15,170 nucleotides of DNA. It comes from Kofleriaceae bacterium (GTDB lineage: Bacteria > Myxococcota_A > Polyangia > Haliangiales > Haliangiaceae). Where the stretch lies: the NCBI GenBank assembly GCA_046597055.1, contig JBKJLC010000272.1, positions 1 to 15,170 on the forward strand. The letters run 5' to 3'. Of the stretch, positions 9,454 through 15,170 are shown in pieces (the first letter of the stretch is position 1; every line of letters starts with the position of its first letter). The translations under genes and the position numbers were made by a program. A model generated the notes under the pieces. It did not search any database and had not been told where the DNA came from. It saw only the letters and a list, made by a program, of their open reading frames with translations.

Positions 9454-10452
9454 ATGCGGCGCCCCCTCCGTTTCGTCCAGGTCGGGCTCGGCCCGCTCGG
9501 TCTGCGCATCGCTGGCGACGTGCATCGCCGTGGCCTGGGCCGGGTGATCGCGGGGGTCGATCCGGCCCTGGCCGGGCGTGCGCTCGACGAGCTGGTGCCC
9601 GGCGCCCCCGCCGGCGTCACGGTGGTCGCCAGCGTCGAGGAGCTGGTCGGCCGCATCGACGTGGCGGTGGTCGCGACCGTGTCGGACCTCGCCGCGTGCG
9701 CGCCGACCCTGCGCGCGCTGCTGGCGCGCCGGATCTCGGTGGTGTCGACCTGCGAGGAGCTGGCGTGGCCGTGGGACCAGCACGCCGCGCTGGCCGGCGA
9801 GCTGCTCCAGCTCGCGCTCGGCGCCGGCGTCCACCTGCTCGGCACCGGGGTCAACCCAGGCTTCGTGATGGACGCGCTGCCGGTCGCGGTCGCGACCGCG
9901 TGCGGCGTGGTGCGCCGGATCGAGATCCGTCGCATCCAGGACGCCGCGCTCCGCCGGGTGCCGTTCCAGCAGAAGGTCGGCGCGACCCTCGACGTCGCCG
10001 AGTTCGACCGCCGGGTCGCCGCCGGCACCGTCCGCCACGTCGGCCTGCGCGAGTCGCTGGCGATGGTCGCCGATGCGCTCGGGCTGGGCTTCGACCGGGT
10101 CGAGGAGTCGATCGCGCCGGTGATCGCCGAGGCCCCGGTGATGTGCGCACTCGGGCTGTGTGCGGTCGGCCGGGTCCGCGGCGTCCACCAGGAGGTGCGA
10201 GCGTTCGCCGGCGAGCGCGAGGTGGTCGCGCTGGTGTTCCGCGCCGCGATCGGCGAGCCGGCGCCGCGCGATCAGATCTTGATCGACGGCGACCCGCCGA
10301 TCGACCTGGTGATCGCGGGCGGGCTCCACGGCGACGTCGCGACCTCGGCGGTGACCCTCAACGCGATCGTCGGCCTGCTCGACCTCGACGCCGCGCCCGG
10401 GCTGCACGTGATGACGTCGATCCCGCTGCGCGGCTGCGCGCCGCCGCGCTGA
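9454..10452 (+). CDS. NAD(P)-dependent oxidoreductase of the 2,4-diaminopentanoate dehydrogenase / native amine dehydrogenase family (often annotated as dihydrodipicolinate reductase-like)
   Basis: Rossmann motif VQVGLGPLG just after ATG 9454. Family motifs STCEELAWPW, GTGVNPGFVMD, PFQQKVGA, HVGLRES and GGLHGDVAT. Confidence 0.85.
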   Translation: MRRPLRFVQVGLGPLGLRIAGDVHRRGLGRVIAGVDPALAGRALDELVPGAPAGVTVVASVEELVGRIDVAVVATVSDLAACAPTLRALLARRISVVSTCEELAWPWDQHAALAGELLQLALGAGVHLLGTGVNPGFVMDALPVAVATACGVVRRIEIRRIQDAALRRVPFQQKVGATLDVAEFDRRVAAGTVRHVGLRESLAMVADALGLGFDRVEESIAPVIAEAPVMCALGLCAVGRVRGVHQEVRAFAGEREVVALVFRAAIGEPAPRDQILIDGDPPIDLVIAGGLHGDVATSAVTLNAIVGLLDLDAAPGLHVMTSIPLRGCAPPR

Positions 10453-10517
10453 GCCGCCGACGGCTGGACGACTCGATGGCGTCCGCCGACCCCGTTGTGT
10501 AGCCTGGAGCCGGGGTA

Positions 10518-12095
10518 ATGCGTCTCCGACGCAAGATCACGATCGCCTTCTTCCTCGTGAGCTCGCTGGTCAGCTTGCTCCTGGCGGTGTTCCTGTACCG
10601 GTTCGTCGAGCGCCAGCTCAAGGACGACCTGCGCGCCCGCCTGCGCGACATCGCCCACCTCGGCTCGCGCTCGCTCGACCTCGAGGCCTACGACCGGCTG
10701 CGCGGCCAGCTCGCACCCAGGCTCGACCCGGCCGCGGTCGCCACGGTCGAGCACTCGGCCGACTACCGGCGCATCTTCGACCAGCTCAACACGATCCGCG
10801 CCACCGAGCCAGCGCTGCTGCGTTACGCCTACGTCCTCGCCCGCACCGACGATCCCGACCAGCCCCGGTTCATCGCCGACGCCGACGTGCTCACCGCCAA
10901 GGCCGGCGAGGCGATCTCGCACTTCGCCCAGCCCTACGACGTGTCCGCCATGCCCGGGCTGCGCCGTGCGCTGCAGGAGTGCGTGCCGGTGGTCGAGCGC
11001 GAGTTCGTCTGGGATCCCGCGTTCAAGGTGTACTCGGTGTCGGCGTACTTCCCGGTCGCCGCGCCGGCCGCGCACGGCGGCGGTCCCGGCTCGTGCGCGG
11101 GCGTGCTCGGCGTCGACATCACCGATCAGAACATGCGGGCGGCGCTGGCCGCTGCCGGCAGCCTGGCGATCAAGCTGTCGCTGGCGGTGATCGCGCTGGC
11201 GCTCGTCATCTCGATCGCGATGGGCACGATGCTCACCCGCTCGCTGCTGGCGCTGTCGGCGACGGTGAAGCAGTTCGCCGACAAGGACTTCGCGGTCCGC
11301 AGCAGCGTCGCCTCCCGTGACGAGATCGGCCTGCTCGGCAGCAACTTCAACGCGATGGCCGAGACCATCCAGGCCCACAGCGAGAACCTCGAGCATCTGG
11401 TCGACCTGCGCACCCGCGAGCTCACCGCCGAGAAGCAGACCTCGGAGCGGCTGCTGCTCAACGTGCTACCCGGCGCGATCGCCGAGCGGCTCAAGCTCGG
11501 CGACGGCGTGATCGTCGACCGGTTCGAGGCGGTGACCGTGCTGTTCGCCGACATCGTCGGGTTCACCGCGTTATCGCAGCGCACCAGCCCCGAGGCGCTG
11601 GTGACCATGCTCGACGAGCTGTTCACGAGCTTCGACCGGCTCGCCGAGGAGCACGGCCTCGAGAAGATCAAGACGATCGGCGACTGCTACATGGTGGTCG
11701 CCGGCATCCCGGAGGCGACTGCCGATCACGCCGAGCGGATGACGCGCATGGGCCTGGCGATGCTCGGCACGCTGGCCGACTACTCGCGGCGCAACCAGAC
11801 CGAGCTGACCATCCGCATCGGCGTCCACTCCGGCTCGGTGGTCGCCGGCGTGATCGGCCGCAAGAAGTTCATCTACGACCTGTGGGGCGACACCGTGAAC
11901 ACCGCCAGCCGCATGGAGTCACACGGCGTCCCCGGCCGGGTCCACATCACCGAGTCGACCTACCAGTACCTGAAGGCGACCTTCGACTGCGAGGCGCGCG
12001 GCATCGTCGAGATCAAGGGCAAGGGCCCGATGCAGACCTACCTCGTCATCGGGCCGCGCGCGGCCGGCCCCGGCGCGGCGACGGCACCCTCCTGA
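10518..12095 (+). CDS. Class III adenylate cyclase with two TM helices, a periplasmic Cache-like sensor and a HAMP domain
   Basis: Catalytic motifs VLFADIVGFT, EKIKTIGDCYM and YDLWGDTVNTASRMES, with the Lys/Asp pair that specifies ATP. HAMP motif RDEIGLLGSNFNAM and coiled-coil SERLLLNVLP. Confidence 0.95.
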   Translation: MRLRRKITIAFFLVSSLVSLLLAVFLYRFVERQLKDDLRARLRDIAHLGSRSLDLEAYDRLRGQLAPRLDPAAVATVEHSADYRRIFDQLNTIRATEPALLRYAYVLARTDDPDQPRFIADADVLTAKAGEAISHFAQPYDVSAMPGLRRALQECVPVVEREFVWDPAFKVYSVSAYFPVAAPAAHGGGPGSCAGVLGVDITDQNMRAALAAAGSLAIKLSLAVIALALVISIAMGTMLTRSLLALSATVKQFADKDFAVRSSVASRDEIGLLGSNFNAMAETIQAHSENLEHLVDLRTRELTAEKQTSERLLLNVLPGAIAERLKLGDGVIVDRFEAVTVLFADIVGFTALSQRTSPEALVTMLDELFTSFDRLAEEHGLEKIKTIGDCYMVVAGIPEATADHAERMTRMGLAMLGTLADYSRRNQTELTIRIGVHSGSVVAGVIGRKKFIYDLWGDTVNTASRMESHGVPGRVHITESTYQYLKATFDCEARGIVEIKGKGPMQTYLVIGPRAAGPGAATAPS

Positions 12096-12194
12096 GGCTG
12101 GTGCGGCTCAGGGCGTGGGGAGAAGCCTGCCGGGCCAGAGCGCCGCGACCTGGCCTTGGCCGGCCCGGGACCGTCGTGCTACTGCTGGTCGCTC

Positions 12195-12276
12195 GCGAGA
12201 GTGGCGAAACTGGTAGACGCGCGGGATTTAGGTTCCCGTGGGGTGACCCGTAGGGGTTCGAGTCCCCTCTCTCGCA
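12195..12276 (+). tRNA. tRNA-Leu (anticodon TAG), CCA not encoded
   Basis: Acceptor stem GCGAGAG/CTCTCGC, D-loop containing TGGTAGA, anticodon arm CGGGA-TTTAGGT-TCCCG, long variable arm, T-arm AGGGG-TTCGAGT-CCCCT. The discriminator A at 12276 is followed by CCG. Confidence 0.96.
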
Positions 12277-12286
12277 CCGAGGAACC

Positions 12287-12766
12287 GTGAACCCAGACGA
12301 CCTTCCCCCGTGCGGCCTCTACCAGACCCTGTTCCCGATCGGCGAAGTGCCGGCCGGGCGGCTGGTCTACTTCCACAACCACGGCACGCCGGGACCAGGG
12401 CTGTATCTGCCCGAGCGCTGGACCCACAACCGCGCCCACTTCTCGCCCAAGGGCATGACGGTGCCGCCCGACTTCGAGCGTCGCTCGCTCCGGGCGCTGC
12501 CGGCCGAGGGGTTCTACCGGGTGAAGACCGCCTTCTTCTGCTGCGCGAAGAAGTGCGTGCGGTACGAGCCCGAGGCGTTCCTCCAGCTCGGCTACAACGG
12601 CTCGGCGCGCGCGCTGCTGTTCGTACCCGAGCTCGCCGCCGGCGCGATCGGCGTGCCCGATCGCGGCACGCTGATCGACGACAGCGCGGTCGACAACCTG
12701 GTGCTGCTCCAGGTCAGCGAGAAGCGCACCGACATCGCGCTGCCACGCGGCATCGTCGTGCACTGA
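12287..12766 (+). CDS. Hypothetical cytoplasmic protein (159 aa) with His/Cys clusters
   Basis: GTG start with GAGGA just upstream and strong GC3 bias. The composition is globular and aromatic-rich, including YFHNHG and FFCCAKKC. Confidence 0.8.
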   Translation: MNPDDLPPCGLYQTLFPIGEVPAGRLVYFHNHGTPGPGLYLPERWTHNRAHFSPKGMTVPPDFERRSLRALPAEGFYRVKTAFFCCAKKCVRYEPEAFLQLGYNGSARALLFVPELAAGAIGVPDRGTLIDDSAVDNLVLLQVSEKRTDIALPRGIVVH

Positions 12767-12854
12767 CCGGCTCCGCGGCGCGCTGCCGACAAGCCGGTGA
12801 CGGACCCGCCGAAAACACGACGGGCCCACGCCTGCGCGTGAGCCGGTCGCAACC

Positions 12855-12894
12855 CCCGGTCCGGCCGCCGGCGACGAGCGCCAGCGGGACCGGG
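12855..12894. terminator. Long GC-rich hairpin between convergent genes; possible terminator or 3' stabiliser
   Basis: Outer stem CCCGGTCC (12855-12862)/GGACCGGG (12887-12894) and inner stem CGCCGGCG/CGCCAGCG around a 5-nt loop. There is no U-tract. Confidence 0.4.
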
Positions 12895-12910
12895 CGATTC
12901 ACAGCACTCG

Positions 12911-13168
12911 TCAGTCGAGCTTCTTCTTCACGTCGTGCGCGGCGTCGCGAACGGTGTCGCGAACCTTGTCCGCGCCGTCCTTGATCTTTTCGGCGGCGTC
13001 ACGGGCCACGTCGCGCACCTTGTCGCCGGCGTTCTCGGCGCCGTCCTTGATGCGCTCGCCCACGTCGCGGGCCTTCTCCTTGGTGTCATGCACCGCGTCG
13101 CGGACGGTGTCGCGCGTCTTGGTGGCGGCGGCGTCGAGATCCTTGCGGTCGTTTGGATTGGTCGGCAT
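12911..13168 (-). CDS. Small hydrophilic LEA/YtxH-like protein built from 11-residue-periodic amphipathic repeats
   Basis: 85 aa with a GGAG Shine-Dalgarno upstream of the ATG. Repeats such as IKDGAENAGDKVRD and IKDGADKVRD. Rich in D/K/A/R with no aromatic residues. Confidence 0.82.
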   Translation of the reverse strand: MPTNPNDRKDLDAAATKTRDTVRDAVHDTKEKARDVGERIKDGAENAGDKVRDVARDAAEKIKDGADKVRDTVRDAAHDVKKKLD

Positions 13169-13601
13169 CGATATCTCCAGGTTCGAGTCGTTTCGAGAAG
13201 CCGAGCACCGCAGTGCTCATGAAGACAACCTAGACGACATTCGCCGACTGACAACCACATCAGTGAGCCGCGCGAGAGATCACCACCGATCGAGCGGCTC
13301 TGCCACGGTCCCGTCATGGATTCGACCCGGATCGCGAGCGCGTCTGCCACGAACCAGCGCGCCTGCGCCTCGCCGAGCGTGAGCGCGCGGGCAAGATCTC
13401 CTCACCGAGCGCCGCTGCCTCGCGGCCGGCAACCGGCCGCCACGCTGCCGGCAGCGGCGGCACCGGCTCGAACGTCCAGGGCCGCGCCACGCCAGGGGGA
13501 TATCGTGGTGCCCCGGTCGCGCCGTAGCTGCCGGGCCTCGGCCCGGCGTTCTACCGTGGGTGATGGATGACCGCTCCGGCCGCGCTCGGTAGTATCAGCC
13601 G

Positions 13602-14219
13602 ATGCCTGAGCCGGCCGTGACCCGTGACGACCCGGGCGCCACCGCGCCCGTGCCGGTCGACGAGGATGTGGTCGCGGCGATCGACGGCGGCGACCTGCGC
13701 GGCGCGATCCGGCTGCTGATGAAGCGCTACGGCACCGGCGTGTACCGGTTCTGCCGGCAGATGCTGGGCAACGACGCGCTCACCGATGACGTGCATCAGC
13801 AGGTCTTCGTGCAGGCGTTCCGCGACCTGCCTCGCTTCGAGAAGCGCTCCAGCGTCCGCACCTGGCTGTTCGGGATCGCGCGCCACCGCTGCCTGGACGC
13901 CATCAAGATCGAAGGACGTCGCGACCGTCGCTTCCCGCTCGACCAGCAGCCGGGCCTCGACGACCCCGCCACCGACCTCTCCGCGCTCGAGCAACTGTCG
14001 CAGGCCGAGCTGGCCCGCGCCCTCGCGACCTGCCTGGACGAGCTGGCCCCCGCCGCCAGGACAGCGATCTTGCTGCGCTTTCGCGAGGGGTTCCGCTACG
14101 AGGAGATGGCTGAGATGGCGGGCGAGAAGCCCGGGACGTTGCAGGCGCGCGTCGCGCGGTCACTGCCGCTGTTGCGGAAATGCCTCGAGCGTCGCCTCAG
14201 GGATGCCAAGGCGGTATGA
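13602..14219 (+). CDS. ECF-type RNA polymerase sigma-70 factor
   Basis: Region 2: DDVHQQVFVQAFRDLPRFEKRSSVRTWLFGIARHRCLD. Region 4: LDELAPAARTAILLRFREGFRYEEMAEMAGEKPGTLQARVARS. Confidence 0.95.
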   Translation: MPEPAVTRDDPGATAPVPVDEDVVAAIDGGDLRGAIRLLMKRYGTGVYRFCRQMLGNDALTDDVHQQVFVQAFRDLPRFEKRSSVRTWLFGIARHRCLDAIKIEGRRDRRFPLDQQPGLDDPATDLSALEQLSQAELARALATCLDELAPAARTAILLRFREGFRYEEMAEMAGEKPGTLQARVARSLPLLRKCLERRLRDAKAV

Positions 14220-14926
14220 GCAACCAGCACGACGACGACCGCGTCCCGGGGCAGACGCTGGGTCTTCCCGATCCAGATCACGATCCGGCGTACGCGCATG
14301 TGCGTGCCGCCCTCACCGGCACCGGCGCCGACCACGCGCCGAAGCCTGGCTGGGAAGACGCGGTGTGGGCGCGGATCGACGGCGCCGCGGGTGGTCTCGC
14401 TCCGGCCCCGCCGGCGGCCAGGGGGCGTCGCACCATGCGTCGACTCGCGGCGTGCGGGCTCGCGGTCGCGATGGCGGCGGCCGCCGTGCTGGTGTGGCGG
14501 CCGTGGCGGCCCGGGCCCGACCAGGACGGTCGGCACGCCCGCGCCCGCGGCTCGGCGGCGGCCGGCTCCGACCTGGTCGCCGCGCGCCTCACGCGCGTGC
14601 CGGGCGCCGCGCGCGTCCGCGCCGACGGCTGGTCGGTCGGCGACACGGTGCGGGTCGAGCACCTCGCGGCCGGCGCGGCCGTCTGGATCTACCGGGGCGA
14701 AGATCGCCTGGTGGTCGCGTGCGAGCCGGCGGCGAGCGCCGGTCCCGCGTGCCATCCGGCCGGCGAGGGCGTGATCGCGAGCGCCACGCTCGACGTGCCC
14801 GGCACCTACCACGTGATCGCGGCGGTCGGCGCCGGTGTGGCGCCCGCCAGCTACGACCTGGCGCTGGCCGCGCTCGGCCGCGCCCAGATCCGCCCCGCCC
14901 TCAAGCAGTCGATCGAAGTCCACTAG
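14216..14926 (+). CDS. Putative single-pass membrane anti-sigma factor (236 aa)
   Basis: ATG 14216 overlaps the sigma TGA. A cytoplasmic N-terminus with PKPGWEDAVWARI is followed by a TM helix (LAACGLAVAMAAAAVLVW) and an extracytoplasmic beta domain with a Cys pair. Confidence 0.75.
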   Translation: MSNQHDDDRVPGQTLGLPDPDHDPAYAHVRAALTGTGADHAPKPGWEDAVWARIDGAAGGLAPAPPAARGRRTMRRLAACGLAVAMAAAAVLVWRPWRPGPDQDGRHARARGSAAAGSDLVAARLTRVPGAARVRADGWSVGDTVRVEHLAAGAAVWIYRGEDRLVVACEPAASAGPACHPAGEGVIASATLDVPGTYHVIAAVGAGVAPASYDLALAALGRAQIRPALKQSIEVH

Positions 14927-14959
14927 CCCGGATCATTACGCGAGCGGGCTCGCCGCACG

Positions 14960-15126
14960 CTTCGACGGGCTTGCCCTCAGAATCCCGCACATCTTCCCCG
15001 GTGTCCCTGCGCCAGGACGAGCGAGCACCGCCGTCGAAGGGCAGCCCGTCGACGATCACGTGCGGCACCTTGGCGCTCTGCCCTTCGACACGGCGCCTGC
15101 GGCGCCGGCTCAGGGCCACCGGGAAA
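14960..15126. repeat. Cluster of three REP-like units, two of which form an inverted (REPIN-like) pair
   Basis: GTCGAAGGGCAG (15033-15044) is the exact reverse complement of 15078-15089. The segments 14994-15009 and 15111-15126 match at 14/16 when inverted. The units share the CTGAG...GTCGAAG flanks of the 3665 repeat, with one mismatch in the 15005 copy. Confidence 0.75.
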
Positions 15127-15170
15127 GGTGAGCGCTTCCGATCACATGAAGACTTGGGATCGATCCCGAG

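Noticed and set aside
7620..10028. 802-aa minus-strand ORF and the many other long Arg/Ala/Pro-rich alternative-frame ORFs
   Set aside because: Expected from the scarcity of stop codons in very GC-rich DNA. They have no motifs and overlap well-supported genes.
13180..13189. GGTTCGAGTC matching the tRNA-Leu T-loop, read as an att-site duplicate
   Set aside because: Only 10 bp, it does not extend into the acceptor stem, and no integrase is nearby.
13291..13351. Sigma-54 promoters (TGGCA on the minus strand) for the LEA-like gene
   Set aside because: Both copies have CG rather than GC at the -12 position (GG-N10-GC spacing fails).
15146..15170. Start of a downstream CDS (MKTWDRSR...)
   Set aside because: Only 8 codons are visible, too little to call.

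Overview
A 15 kb window of high-GC DNA. The gene types suggest Myxococcota (inference): a Hanks kinase with a PEGA-like domain, a TPR/beta-barrel protein and a Cys-rich CGNG repeat. From left to right: (1) the probable end of a TG...CA transposon (1-143) that has removed the N-terminus of a YgiD/DODA-type dioxygenase; (2) four minus-strand genes for a membrane Ser/Thr kinase, a TPR plus beta-barrel protein, a zinc-ribbon/bPH membrane protein and a lower-GC lipoprotein; (3) a plus-strand run of an S11 D,D-peptidase, a TldD-like and a TldE-like gene, a DAPDH/amine-dehydrogenase-family enzyme, a HAMP adenylate cyclase, tRNA-Leu(TAG) and a hypothetical gene; (4) a small LEA-like repeat protein; (5) an ECF sigma/anti-sigma pair. 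REP-like repeats sit at 3665-3733 and 14960-15126. The best candidates for undescribed biology are a TldD/TldE pair whose TldD carries a Tat-lipoprotein signal but has lost its zinc ligands, and a kinase/TPR-barrel pair that may signal across the envelope. All family calls come from recognising motifs by eye, not from database searches.
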